Positions 45,758 through 56,931 of a stretch of 64,000 bases of DNA are shown here, in pieces (positions within the stretch are counted from its first letter, which is position 1; every line of letters begins with the position of its first letter). Origin of the DNA: Angelvirus px29 (Duplodnaviria > Heunggongvirae > Uroviricota > Caudoviricetes > Straboviridae); IMG/VR virus record IMGVR_UViG_2700988902_000001, positions 75,520-139,519 of that record. One strand, written 5' to 3'. Both the position numbers and the translations under genes were made by a program. The notes under the pieces were generated by a model. That model worked only from the letters and a program-made list of their open reading frames with translations. It ran no database searches and was not told the DNA's origin.

Positions 45758-46684
45758 ATGCAACTTACAAAATTGTTGATCGATACCGGCGAAGAAGGTG
45801 TTGAAGGTACTGGCGACACTCTATATCAGGGTGGTACTTCGCTAAATCGAAACTTGAACAGTATGTATAACGTATTTGGCGATTACAGACAATTCAAGTC
45901 TGATGCCGGACAAGGAAATCAGATAATGACGCTTCATGCCGGCGGATATTATCAAAAACACTCTCGCGCATATTATGCTGGAGCAGAACAGCCGAGTGGA
46001 AACCCAGTTGAATTTGGATCACTACACGATCTGTCTGTTATTCGTGATGGTGCTGGCGATCTAGTGGTAACTCTGCCAGCTGGTAATGCTCATGCTGGGG
46101 AATATGTTCACTTTATTAATACCGACGGTTCTGTTGGAGTTGGTACTGGTAAAGAAGTTATTATTCGTGTGAGTGGATCTGGTGACAGTATCGGGACTCT
46201 CGGAACACAGATGAAAATTCAGAAATCGTATTTCTCGATTCGATTCTGGGTTGATAAATCAAACCCAACCGGCTCGCACTGGAGCTATAAAGTTGAGAGT
46301 TTGTTTGGTGATGAGTCTGTGCCATATAACTCAACGATCCCGAATATCGGTACTGGTGTAACTAAAGACATCCCGTTATTCAACAAATTTCAATATAATG
46401 CAGTTAAGCACATGGTATTTGTTACCGAGCGTGGTACCAATATTCAACAAGAGGCAAGTGAAGTTCTTGTACTCGTAAATAACAGCAACACAAACGACAA
46501 TAACGTTTATATGACCGAATACGCAAGAATTAGAACAAAATCAACGGCTAACTCCAAAGATGATTTGCTATACGAGGCAGATTACAAAATCGTTAGCGGC
46601 GTGGTTCGTATGTATGTTAAAAACATCGGTTCAACTGCGATTGACGTGACCGTCAAGGCGATTGAATCAATTGGAGGACAATAA
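45758..46684 (+). CDS. 9: Baseplate wedge tail-fibre connector
   Basis: GTGD.LY.GG..LN, HA.GYYQKHS. Confidence 0.92.
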   Translation: MQLTKLLIDTGEEGVEGTGDTLYQGGTSLNRNLNSMYNVFGDYRQFKSDAGQGNQIMTLHAGGYYQKHSRAYYAGAEQPSGNPVEFGSLHDLSVIRDGAGDLVVTLPAGNAHAGEYVHFINTDGSVGVGTGKEVIIRVSGSGDSIGTLGTQMKIQKSYFSIRFWVDKSNPTGSHWSYKVESLFGDESVPYNSTIPNIGTGVTKDIPLFNKFQYNAVKHMVFVTERGTNIQQEASEVLVLVNNSNTNDNNVYMTEYARIRTKSTANSKDDLLYEADYKIVSGVVRMYVKNIGSTAIDVTVKAIESIGGQ

Positions 46685-48837
46685 TGAGTAAGCAGTTAAT
46701 TATTCTTGGTAATGCTGTTGATGATGGTACCGGCGATTATATGCGTCGCGGTGGTCAAAAGATCAACGGAAACTTTACTGAGTTATACGACGAACTGGGC
46801 GACGGAACATCGCCTCATGCCGCTGGTGCATGGAAACGTTATTCCACAGTAGGAACACCACTCACAGTTGTATTTGGTAAAGCATACACAATCGATACAA
46901 CTGGCGGTCAGATTACAGTAAATCTTCCAGCTGGTAAGCCATCTGATTACGGCAAAGTTATTCGTCTTCGCGATGTCAATGGTTCGTGGGCAACTAACCC
47001 AGTTAGTCTTGTTCCGGGTGGCACTGATACTGTAAAAGGTTCAACAAAGAAACATAAGCTTTGGAAAAACTATCTCGACGCCGAGCTGGTATATTGCAGT
47101 CCCGGTAAATGGGAATATGCTGATAATAAGCGTGTGAACGGAATTAGCACCGCTAACGGTGCTACCGTTTCTCGTAAAGAAATTATCGCAACTGCTGGTC
47201 AAACTGACTTCGTGAACATTTTCGAAACCAGTTATAATCCAGGCGCTGTTGAAGTATATCGTCGCGGTAACTTGCTATATTACGGGGATCGTATAAACGA
47301 AAACACCGACTATGGTTCAATGACAGCAAAAACACCAACTGTTAGTAACGTAATTATTACTGGTGGTGTTAAAGGAAATATTGCTGGGTATTCAACTGGT
47401 GTTGTTGGTACTATTAACGCAACATCAAACAAAGTCGAAGGTCTTATTATCGTTGATTTCAAAGCTGAAATCGCAACTAATACCGTGCTGTTGCAATTCT
47501 CTGGTGGTGTTAAGCCTATGGATGCAAACGTGATTTACGTCGAAAATGGAACTGGGTCTTGGTTCTTGCAATATGATTCAAGTCGCACCGCTTATACCGT
47601 TGTTGCTGCCGATCTAACAACCAAGCTTAAAGGAACTGGTAGTCAAACTTATAAAGTCTCTGTCTACAAGCTTAATACACTCGATGGATATTCTATTCGT
47701 CTGAATGATCCTTGTGAAGCTGGAGACGTCGTTACTATCGTTACTTTCTTGGATGGTATTGCGTCATATCGTAGTTCTTATCAACGTTATACTCTGAGAG
47801 TATATGACGAAAAGATGACTACCGAAGATATTACTACCGTTCCCGGTCAGCGTTGGGTTGGTGATTTGAGTAAGAAATCTCGTTTCAGTTTGAACGACTT
47901 TGATTTGCTTGAAAACGAAACTTATAATCCATTCAGCATGGAGATCATTTTGAATGGTCGTGCGCTAACCAGAGCTGGCGAGGGCGATTTGCCTGCTTTC
48001 GTGTGTGAAGGTGCGAGTGCTAACGATGAAACCTCTTGTATCGCTTTAGGTGGTGCTTGGGTGCCGTCTGGTGGTGACTTCTCTACTGTTACCGATCTGA
48101 ATGATAGATATCGTGAATTTGTGATTAACCAAGATTTGAATCACAAAGACATTATTACCATTCGTTGGTACAATAACGACATCGGGACAACTCTTGATTG
48201 GGATGGAGACGGCGGTATTCAAGAAAAATCAGATGCCAGATATCTTGTGTCAGAAAACAAGTTCAATCGCTCTAATAAAATCATGTATACCGATGTAAAT
48301 GATCCAAGTGCATCAACTGCTGTTCCAAATCCGGAATTAGAAGAATCAATTAGATTTACTAGCGTCGATAGTCTTCTGGAATCTGTATACCCAGTAGGCT
48401 CAATTTACATCAATGCAAATAACCCAAATAACCCAAGAAGCTATATGGGATTTGGAGAATGGAGACGTTTTGGTCAGGGTAAAGTTCCAGTTTCTTGGAA
48501 CGAAGATAATCCTAACGACCCCAACTTCGGTTTGAACGTAAACGATAAAGACGTAAATGGCAACCCAAGACATTCTGCCGGTAATACTGGTGGATCAACA
48601 TCAAACACACTCGGTATCACTAATATTCCACCTATTAGCTCAAGCGAAAAGGCACTTATTGTTGATCCTGCTGGTGATGTTTTGGTTGGTGGATGTCAAT
48701 TTGATCCAGACGACGAGGGTCCTGGATTTAAGCGTTACAGAGAAGATTTGGTTAAAGCGCGTCCGAGTGAGATCGCGTTGCCAGTTAATAACCTGCAACC
48801 GTTTATTACGGTTCATATGTGGATAAGGGTTCTATAA
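46684..48837 (+). CDS. 10: Baseplate wedge subunit and tail pin
   Basis: DDGTGDY.R.GG.KIN.NF, YPVG.IY, NNLQPFITV..W.RV. Confidence 0.95.
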   Translation: MSKQLIILGNAVDDGTGDYMRRGGQKINGNFTELYDELGDGTSPHAAGAWKRYSTVGTPLTVVFGKAYTIDTTGGQITVNLPAGKPSDYGKVIRLRDVNGSWATNPVSLVPGGTDTVKGSTKKHKLWKNYLDAELVYCSPGKWEYADNKRVNGISTANGATVSRKEIIATAGQTDFVNIFETSYNPGAVEVYRRGNLLYYGDRINENTDYGSMTAKTPTVSNVIITGGVKGNIAGYSTGVVGTINATSNKVEGLIIVDFKAEIATNTVLLQFSGGVKPMDANVIYVENGTGSWFLQYDSSRTAYTVVAADLTTKLKGTGSQTYKVSVYKLNTLDGYSIRLNDPCEAGDVVTIVTFLDGIASYRSSYQRYTLRVYDEKMTTEDITTVPGQRWVGDLSKKSRFSLNDFDLLENETYNPFSMEIILNGRALTRAGEGDLPAFVCEGASANDETSCIALGGAWVPSGGDFSTVTDLNDRYREFVINQDLNHKDIITIRWYNNDIGTTLDWDGDGGIQEKSDARYLVSENKFNRSNKIMYTDVNDPSASTAVPNPELEESIRFTSVDSLLESVYPVGSIYINANNPNNPRSYMGFGEWRRFGQGKVPVSWNEDNPNDPNFGLNVNDKDVNGNPRHSAGNTGGSTSNTLGITNIPPISSSEKALIVDPAGDVLVGGCQFDPDDEGPGFKRYREDLVKARPSEIALPVNNLQPFITVHMWIRVL

Positions 48838-48839
48838 AA

Positions 48840-49814
48840 ATGATCAACATTTATCAACAACCCGCTTCGATTACATTTGCACAAGGTTCAAGATTTACAT
48901 TTTCTATCGGTGCAAACACAGATATCGATGATGGTTACGTTACTTATCGCTGGGAGTGGACTGCTCCCGGCACATCAAACTGGGCTGCTATTCAGCATCC
49001 CAGTGCCACTCTAATGAGTGTTATTGTTATCCCGTCTATGGCTAACGTATATGGTACAAATGACTTTCGTTGTGTTGTTACAGAATACGATGCTCTTGGG
49101 GTAAAGAAAACTGAATTGATTTCTGCCATCGCAAAAGGCATTAAGTTCGACGGAAGAACCACAGTAGCTAAAACCAAAACGAGTGATGCCGTTCTGATTC
49201 GTTCTAGATTGAGTCGTCATTCTGAGTTTGAAATGCATCCGTCACTCGATAACACTTTCTTGAGTGATAATATTGGTCTTGCTACATTGCAAGACTCCGA
49301 AGATAATATTACGCATCCGAACGTTCAATCTGCGATTGTTGATCTTGCTGATGGTATGACTATGCCGATTGGCGCGGTTATTATCGAAAGAAAGAATAAC
49401 GATCCGAGCGGAAAAGCACAGCAAACAGTATTGCAGTTTGACGGAATCGTTGCTTCTCCTGTCGGTGGAACAGATGCGATCATTAGTGCTTTTGGTCGTA
49501 GAATTAAAATCGCTGATAAATCAATTGCTGCTCAAGTAAAAGATCAAGTTTTGACTATTCTTGCTGATTATGAGAATGCCGGTTTATATGTTAAGAACGT
49601 TATTTCTGCTTCTGCGACTTCTATTTCATTTGAACATAGAGATCACAAGTCGCATGTTCCTCCTGCGTGGACGCAATGCGGGATTACAATGACCGGTCTT
49701 GTTGCGTCGCCAGCATCAAAGGGATATGGACAATGGCAGAAGTTCGCAGAAACAAATATCACTGGTTTAGACGCCGCCGTTTCTAAACTGTATTACTGGG
49801 AGAGAATTTCGTGA
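48840..49814 (+). CDS. 11: Baseplate wedge subunit / short-fibre link (with N-terminal Ig-like extension)
   Basis: SRLSRHSEF, TMPIG.VI, Y.WERIS; position. Confidence 0.85.
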   Translation: MINIYQQPASITFAQGSRFTFSIGANTDIDDGYVTYRWEWTAPGTSNWAAIQHPSATLMSVIVIPSMANVYGTNDFRCVVTEYDALGVKKTELISAIAKGIKFDGRTTVAKTKTSDAVLIRSRLSRHSEFEMHPSLDNTFLSDNIGLATLQDSEDNITHPNVQSAIVDLADGMTMPIGAVIIERKNNDPSGKAQQTVLQFDGIVASPVGGTDAIISAFGRRIKIADKSIAAQVKDQVLTILADYENAGLYVKNVISASATSISFEHRDHKSHVPPAWTQCGITMTGLVASPASKGYGQWQKFAETNITGLDAAVSKLYYWERIS

Positions 49815-51121
49815 GAACTAATAATATCACACAACACATTAGCTCTAAAGCGGGGTCGGTTGTATTCGACCCCACTAAAGCTGCCGCATTCGATAACACA
49901 ATTACCGATTTGCAAAAACTCGGAGAAAAGATTGACGCTCATGCCACAAAAGCATTGCCAAATGCAACAGAAACCGCAAGTGGTATTGCTGAATTGGCTA
50001 CCGTCGATGAAGTTCTTTTGGGAAATGACAAAACAAAAATCGTTACTCCATTTGCTTTGAATCAGAAATGGATTCGTCCAAATGCGAGCGATACAATATA
50101 CGGTCTTGTTCGATATAATACCGTAGCAGAGCGAGAAGAAGCGGCTGCTAAGGTTGACGTCACTGTTAACACAACAACTCTATGGGACGTTGTGCGCAAC
50201 AAGGCCACGTCCTCTGAGTCTAAGCGTGGGTCTGTTAGTCTTTCTACTTTGGTCGCTGCCAAAGCAGGCGTAGACGACACCACAGCGATGACACCAGCTA
50301 AAGTCAAAGCAGCAATTGACACATTCGCAGTAACTAGCGTTTCTGGAGCTACCGAGAGTGTTACCGGAACAGTTAAAAACTCGTCGGCTCTTATTACCAA
50401 CGCCGCATTGCACAATGGGTATGCTGTTACTCCAAAAGGATTTATTGAGACAAGAGCCGCACAGAATCGCGTTGGTACCGTTAGAATGGCAACACAAGCT
50501 GAATCTAATGCTCGAACTGCGACCGACGTAGCTCTTGCGCCAGCGACGCTCCCAATCGCTTCTGACACACAATATGGTATCACAGCACTATTGCACAACG
50601 CGCAATCGGGTGTAACAAATAAAGCACTGAGCGCACATGGCGCAACTCTGTTTATTAACAGAAATGGCGACACAATGGCCGGCGATCTTGTTGTTAGAAA
50701 TATCTATACCGCAAATGGACAAAATGGTCGTGGTGATTCTCTAACCAGAAAGGATTATGTTGACGGGTTAATCAACTCAAGATCACCAAATGGGCACGAA
50801 CATGGAACTCCTAGAGAGACTTGGACGCATTTATGGGCAGGGCCACTCGATAGAGGTAACTTTGCAATCAATCAGCCGTGGTGGAATTTTGACGCACTCG
50901 TTATCGAAGGCTCTCGCGACGGAGGACACGTTTTCTTTACTCGCGAAATCAGTCGTTATCAAATTGAGCGTATGCAAGCCGCATATCCAAACTGGGATTT
51001 GGTAGCAAACGAGGCTTATTATTGGTACGGTAAGTTTGGTGGCGATGGTAAAACCTTCTATGTAACAACAGAAAACTGCTATTTGTGGAACATATTCGGG
51101 GTGAATAAATATTTCAGCTAA
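49811..51121 (+). CDS. 12: Short tail fibre
   Basis: H.S..A.SV.FDP, repeated A...G...LAT..E and VTP..L motifs. Confidence 0.9.
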   Translation: MRTNNITQHISSKAGSVVFDPTKAAAFDNTITDLQKLGEKIDAHATKALPNATETASGIAELATVDEVLLGNDKTKIVTPFALNQKWIRPNASDTIYGLVRYNTVAEREEAAAKVDVTVNTTTLWDVVRNKATSSESKRGSVSLSTLVAAKAGVDDTTAMTPAKVKAAIDTFAVTSVSGATESVTGTVKNSSALITNAALHNGYAVTPKGFIETRAAQNRVGTVRMATQAESNARTATDVALAPATLPIASDTQYGITALLHNAQSGVTNKALSAHGATLFINRNGDTMAGDLVVRNIYTANGQNGRGDSLTRKDYVDGLINSRSPNGHEHGTPRETWTHLWAGPLDRGNFAINQPWWNFDALVIEGSRDGGHVFFTREISRYQIERMQAAYPNWDLVANEAYYWYGKFGGDGKTFYVTTENCYLWNIFGVNKYFS

Positions 51122-51163
51122 TTACTAAATAACAGTATTAGCAAATAACTTTAAGGGTGAATA

Positions 51164-54100
51164 ATGGCTATCGAAAAACCTACTCAGTCAGTTTTACCGT
51201 ATGTTGACGGTGTTCCCGCCGTTGGACAAACAAGAATCGACTGGATTCAAAACGGTGAATATACCGACGGTGCTGTTAGTGCCACCGACAATGGTGGCGC
51301 CCTTAACCGAGCTTCGGTTAAGGTACAAAAAAACGTCGAAAAAATTAACGTTGAGTTGAATAAATCAAAAGACTCTCTGGGAAAAACCATTGATTTGGTT
51401 GAAGCTCATGATCGCATTATCAATGCACAAGGCGATGGTACCAATCTATATGATCGCGTTACCGCCGTTGAAAACATCAATAAGACTCAACAAGATCGAT
51501 TGACAAAGATTGAGCAAGATGAAATTACTCATGTTGCCGGTCACGAAGCAATCAACAAGCGTATTACTGAAACTGTCGATCCACAGATCGTTAATATCAA
51601 GAAAATGCTTGGTAACTACAAAGGGTTTAATCAAGACGGAGATCCAGATGTAAATGCACCAGGTCTTGGTGTAAAAGGACAAGTTGAGCGCAACTGGGAA
51701 AACGTAGTAAAACACGAAAATCGTTTGTCAAGTCTTGAGCAATATTGGCAAGGGGATACTCCAGATATTCTTATTCGTAACACAAGAGATCTGCGAGCTG
51801 AAATTGGTCCAAGCGCAGAAAAAACCGATAAGACAATTTATCAAAGAGTGAAGACTGCCGAAGATCATGTTGGCGGTGCAAATAAACATCTTGGCGATCT
51901 GGATATTGCTACTGGCAAAATTGATTTCCCAATCAAATATGTTACTCAGAGCGGTACCGAAGTGACTGTTAATAACATCTGGGAATATACCAAAGTTGTT
52001 CGTGGTGATGTCGGTGCCAATCAGAACATTCTGAATCAAACTGTTAATGACGTAACAGCAAATAAAGCCGATATCAAGAAATTGAAAGACGACGGTGTTA
52101 CTCTTGACTCTCGTCTGGATAACATGGAAACAATTGTTGGACTTCAACCGACTGACGGTATGCGCGGTGATATCAAAGCTCTTGATCTACGTGAGACAAA
52201 CAACACAACTCGTCTAGAAGGTTTGGTTAAAACTGTTACTGATACGCTGAACTTGGAAACAACTCCGGCAGTTCGAGATTTACAAGAAGATGCCGCAAAG
52301 TTGAAACCAGATGTATATGGAACAAACGTCGAAGCTGATCCAGCAGTTACAAAACTTGGCATTAAATCAACTAACAAATCGATGTATGAAGAAATGTATA
52401 TCCCGTTTAAAACCGGTAGTGGATTTATTCTTGATACAGACGATCAAAACGTCGATGCCGCATTCGTTCGTCGCTATGTTGATAATAAATGGATCTGGAA
52501 AAACTTATTCTCTGATGACTTGGTAATCGGGTCAAACAGAGGACTTCGTAGTTTTGACGGTCAACGCGCAGTTTCATTCAGTCTTCGTTTGGATAAACCG
52601 CCAGTTACTGTTCTTGGTCAAGAAAATACCGACGTAGAGATTCGCGGCAAAGTCAATAATGAAATTGACGTTGCTGGACTGAAATACGGAACAAAAACGG
52701 TAGCTAAGTTCGGTGACGCTCAGGATACATTTGGTAAAGGTGTTCCTGTTAAATTCCTTATCGATGATGCCGCATCATTGACAGTTGATTACGCCGGAAA
52801 AACTGGTACAGTTGTTCACTCTCTGAATATCAAAGATTTCGTTTCTGATATCGATCCTCGCGTTGGTTTCAGATTGAATCGTGATAAGAAAATCATGGGA
52901 GAAACCGCTGTAGGTGATATCAACATCATTGGTTCTTCTTTCATTGATAAGACCGTTCGAATCTCACAAGACGGCGCGGTTACATCAATCGACGGCGAAG
53001 TTAATAAGATTCGTCTTGCTATTGATGCGAAATATACCGGTTATACTTTCGGTAATATTCTCGTAAATCAAATCGGTGCGACTCGTTATTCAGCTAACGA
53101 TTATGTCGAGGTTGGTGATACCAAAACCAGAACCGCACTGAGAACAAACGGCGATGATCTGAAATCAATTAAAGTTGTTAGCGGGACATCAAACACACTA
53201 TATACCGTGTGGCACGATGGTCTGGATGCACCAAAAGACGATGCTATGTATGCGCGTAAGAATGGTGTTTGGACTGCGTTCAACGTCGGTGGTGCGGGTG
53301 GTGGTTTAGCAGATGATGCACCTAACAATGGACTTCCTCATGTTCGTGTATCAACCAACGGCAACGCTACTTGGGAAGCATTGGGATCGAAAGACATCGC
53401 AATGAGTTCAAACATGGGTATCAAATTCAATACAACAGATCATGGTCTGGTTTATGCATTGAATCCTATGTCAACTGGTGCTATCGCAATTGGTTACGAC
53501 AACAGCAAATCTCCTATTATTTTCAAAGGTCGTTTGCAGACAATGACACTCGGTAACGAACAAGCATTGACTGGTTTGACTACATCAGACGAAGCTAGAA
53601 CAATCGTTAAAGTTGACTTCGAAAATGATATTGTTCTTGGTGACGAAAACACTGCCGTTTATTTTGGACGTCAGCCATTCGTTGATTTCAACGCGAAGTC
53701 TTATCGAGTATGGCACGACGGTATTGATGCGCCGAGTGACGGCGAATATTACGCAAGACGTCAAGGGAACTGGCAGAAAGTGTTTAATGGCGTGGACCCA
53801 GATAGCGACGTAAATACTAAAAAGGCATTTAAATCCAATGACATCAACGTTGGTAGTGCTGAGTTAGTAGGCGTCGATTATATTGTTCATGTCGGACAAT
53901 CAAATCAATACACCAAAATTGAAGGTAAGGTTCTTGATTTTAAACTGGCACAACCAGTTCAGAACGGACAAACCGCGATTACTGGTATGTTGAAAGGTGC
54001 CGAAGTAAACGTCATTGCAATCAAAGATAACGTCGCTGGTAACAGTCATGTTGTTTTGGGTGATGCAACAACCGAAGTTCGTATTAACTGCGTCGATGCA

Positions 54101-54271
54101 TATGTTAACGGGAACAAAGTTGTTACTTCTGCGTTTGATGTTCCTAAGAATGGAACAAGATACTCACGTAGAAATGGCGCTTGGGTACAGAGTTATTACT
54201 ATGGTGACTTTGCTACTAATGCTCCAGCTAACCCGATTGAAGGTGATGTATTCTTTGAGTTTGTAAACTAA
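51164..54271 (+). CDS. wac: Fibritin (whisker), extended, with multiple foldon-like motifs
   Basis: LPYVDGVP..GQTRI.WI.NGE, GALNRA...VQKN, coiled coil, repeated DAP.DG..Y.R..G.W. Confidence 0.88.
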   Translation: MAIEKPTQSVLPYVDGVPAVGQTRIDWIQNGEYTDGAVSATDNGGALNRASVKVQKNVEKINVELNKSKDSLGKTIDLVEAHDRIINAQGDGTNLYDRVTAVENINKTQQDRLTKIEQDEITHVAGHEAINKRITETVDPQIVNIKKMLGNYKGFNQDGDPDVNAPGLGVKGQVERNWENVVKHENRLSSLEQYWQGDTPDILIRNTRDLRAEIGPSAEKTDKTIYQRVKTAEDHVGGANKHLGDLDIATGKIDFPIKYVTQSGTEVTVNNIWEYTKVVRGDVGANQNILNQTVNDVTANKADIKKLKDDGVTLDSRLDNMETIVGLQPTDGMRGDIKALDLRETNNTTRLEGLVKTVTDTLNLETTPAVRDLQEDAAKLKPDVYGTNVEADPAVTKLGIKSTNKSMYEEMYIPFKTGSGFILDTDDQNVDAAFVRRYVDNKWIWKNLFSDDLVIGSNRGLRSFDGQRAVSFSLRLDKPPVTVLGQENTDVEIRGKVNNEIDVAGLKYGTKTVAKFGDAQDTFGKGVPVKFLIDDAASLTVDYAGKTGTVVHSLNIKDFVSDIDPRVGFRLNRDKKIMGETAVGDINIIGSSFIDKTVRISQDGAVTSIDGEVNKIRLAIDAKYTGYTFGNILVNQIGATRYSANDYVEVGDTKTRTALRTNGDDLKSIKVVSGTSNTLYTVWHDGLDAPKDDAMYARKNGVWTAFNVGGAGGGLADDAPNNGLPHVRVSTNGNATWEALGSKDIAMSSNMGIKFNTTDHGLVYALNPMSTGAIAIGYDNSKSPIIFKGRLQTMTLGNEQALTGLTTSDEARTIVKVDFENDIVLGDENTAVYFGRQPFVDFNAKSYRVWHDGIDAPSDGEYYARRQGNWQKVFNGVDPDSDVNTKKAFKSNDINVGSAELVGVDYIVHVGQSNQYTKIEGKVLDFKLAQPVQNGQTAITGMLKGAEVNVIAIKDNVAGNSHVVLGDATTEVRINCVDAYVNGNKVVTSAFDVPKNGTRYSRRNGAWVQSYYYGDFATNAPANPIEGDVFFEFVN

Positions 54272-54280
54272 GGAACAAAC

Positions 54281-55905
54281 ATGCCAATTAGAGTTGCTGA
54301 TCAAAATGGGGAGCTGCACTATGCAGCTCCCAAACTTTACAACGGGTATTGGAGAAGCGCGATAGCTTGGGTTTATTCTCAAGGTGCGTGGCGTATTCTC
54401 AAGGTGCGTGGCGTCGAACATATGACCCGAAAGACGAAAACCTTCTTATCAATAGTCGATTCTTGAACGGAACCGATTATTTCACATACGCCGATGGCAG
54501 AGTCATTGGATTTACCCCGCCGGGTTGGAGCGCTTATTCTAACGCTTCTCAAGTTGGTGGAAACGCTTATGCTTATTATTCAAATAGAGAAGATGAATAT
54601 AGCAGAGCGTATACATTCAAAGCCGCAAATGGTCGTATGTTCTTTCAAACCAGAATTTATCTGAAAGCTGGCGAGACATACAACGCAAGTGCATGGGTTC
54701 ATTCTATTAATCTACAAGTTGGTAGAAAGTCATTTGACATTTACGTTGATGGTGTTCCTTCTAATAAGCAATCGGATTATATTCAAGTCACAAAAGCGTT
54801 TCCGACTGTCCCTGAGTTGGTCGCAAATACCAGAGTACAGAGCACATTCAAAGCATTGAAAGATTGTTTGGTGCAGTTTAATATTGGTGTCGGCGTTGAT
54901 TATAATGATAGCGGTGAGATTCAAGTTAGCCAGCCTATGGTAACTAAGTCTGGTGTAATGCTTGCTTATCAGCCAACTCCGGTCGATGCTAACTATAACG
55001 CGATCATCTTGAAAGATTCCTATATGAAACTGAATAAGACTTTGCCACCAATTGCCGGTACAAATCATATCGAATCGAGTATTCAGCTAATGGATACGGT
55101 ATCAGATCGAGTTATGATTATTGGTTACAACAACGATATCTCTACATCTGGTATCGGCGTTGACATCAAGAAAAACACTCTGTTTGTGATGGCAGAAAAC
55201 GTCATTACTCATGAGACACCGATTTTAAAAACAATTCCGATCAATCAAGTTTTTGGTGCTGGTATTTGGTATGATGTTTCTGGTTCTTATATCAAGAACG
55301 TCAGACTTCATGCAAACGGAGAATTGATTGCAAAGATAAGTGATACAACTTCTGTTGCTGCTGCTACTAATTTCGTGTTCGGTAGTAAGCAGTATCCTGT
55401 TAAAGGAGTCATTGTTGAGCAGTTCGGGATGTTCGTCAACAACAGAAATCACATTTTCAATATCGAGGAAGGGACTGGAAATATTTCTAGCGAAACTCCT
55501 TCACCAGATGCGTTGACGGTTGATTTCGGGTCTGACGATACGAAATACGAATGGCTCGGCGCGCTATTGCCGAAGATTACAACTCAGCCAGCACAAGAAT
55601 ATACCGGCGGTGCCGGTATGCAGGTTAAACTAACATCCGCTGGTAGTGGTTACGACGCGATAGAGTGGAGAACTCAATATGGGCCTATCGAGAACTCGAA
55701 TACGAATAATATCGTTGTAGCAGTCAATGACACATACGATTATAGTCTCGTATACAATGCAGTTTATAAAAATCGATTTGGTTCAGTTAGTACAATAAAA
55801 ACAAAAATCTCCGCATTCCCTACTCCTAAAAAGCTACTACAAACGGAGAAAGGAAATCAGTTGGGTACAGAGGACGAAAAACTAATCGAAACTCAAAGCC
55901 CCTAA
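54281..55905 (+). pseudogene. Putative fibre/collar accessory protein, frameshifted by a 20-bp tandem duplication
   Basis: TATTCTCAAGGTGCGTGGCG twice (54374-54413); deleting one copy fuses ORFs 54281 and 54349 into 534 aa. Confidence 0.75.
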
Positions 55906-55914
55906 GGAGGCTGT

Positions 55915-56520
55915 ATGCCTACAATAAAAATATCTGATCTGCCGAAGACAGACGAATTTACCGGAAATGAGTTCGGCCAAGTGATACAAAACGGCGAAAA
56001 TAGAAAAGCTGTGCTGTTGTTTGCCGACTCAAATAATAAGTTCGTCATACCAAAGGGTTATACTGTTCATGCAGAGAATAACGATCATCTTGATAACGTT
56101 CTTGAGATCGCACCAGATGGAAAATCATTCTTTTTGGGACCAAAATCTGATATGCCTATTATTCAAGCCGATGTTTCTGGTATGGTAGTGAAAAACATTA
56201 CTGTGCCTAATGACACCGGCTATTATGGGATGTCAACTGAGGGACAAAGAAAGAAACTAATTTCTATCGGAAGCGATAATAGAGTAATGCTTGGTGACGA
56301 AAAATCATCTTTGGTATTCACACAAGGGTCCAATCATGAAATTAGTGTTCGTCGTGAATCTCTGCCTGGAAAAGGTGACTGGTCAGACTATCGTTTGATT
56401 GATACCGGTGTTTTTAAAGATTATTTCGAGTTGCACATAGATTCTGTTTATACATCAGGTACTACAGAACCAAATGACGACGACGGATATCCAGACGGAC
56501 ATCTTTACATCAAATATTAA
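55915..56520 (+). CDS. Putative fibre-associated virion protein
   Basis: AGGAGG RBS; KISDLP N-terminus; GT.EP...G..DG.LY.KY C-terminus. Confidence 0.7.
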   Translation: MPTIKISDLPKTDEFTGNEFGQVIQNGENRKAVLLFADSNNKFVIPKGYTVHAENNDHLDNVLEIAPDGKSFFLGPKSDMPIIQADVSGMVVKNITVPNDTGYYGMSTEGQRKKLISIGSDNRVMLGDEKSSLVFTQGSNHEISVRRESLPGKGDWSDYRLIDTGVFKDYFELHIDSVYTSGTTEPNDDDGYPDGHLYIKY

Positions 56521-56559
56521 TAACGGCGGGGAAACCCGCCGATTTGGAGGGCGACAAAC

Positions 56560-56709
56560 TTGTTCATCAAGATAAATAACAAACAGACACCTTGCGAGGT
56601 TCGTCTTAAAGTAAATAGGGCTTATAAGCAAGGAATAGCTTATATCAAGATAAATGGGAAGTATCAGCCGGTTAGCTCCGCTAACACGGATATAAAAATC
56701 AAACCATAA
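56560..56709 (+). CDS. Small hypothetical protein (49 aa)
   Basis: GGAGG RBS with TTG start; repeated IKING motif. Confidence 0.45.
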   Translation: MFIKINNKQTPCEVRLKVNRAYKQGIAYIKINGKYQPVSSANTDIKIKP

Positions 56710-56719
56710 GGATTTAAAA

Positions 56720-56917
56720 ATGCAAGCAATTATTTTGTTCATGCTTAAAAGAATCGGGACCGAAGTTTTGATGCAAATGTTGAAACAGTTGGTGAAAATT
56801 CTGGAAAAACGTATTGACAACAACTTCGGTTCAGAGGACGTTGATGCAATCGAGAAACGTGTTGACGTCGCAAAAGATCCTTTTGCTGCACCAATTTCAC
56901 ACCCCGGTAAAGAGTAA
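56720..56917 (+). CDS. Hypothetical protein
   Basis: AGGA RBS. Confidence 0.6.
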   Translation: MQAIILFMLKRIGTEVLMQMLKQLVKILEKRIDNNFGSEDVDAIEKRVDVAKDPFAAPISHPGKE

Positions 56918-56931
56918 GGAGAGACACCAAG

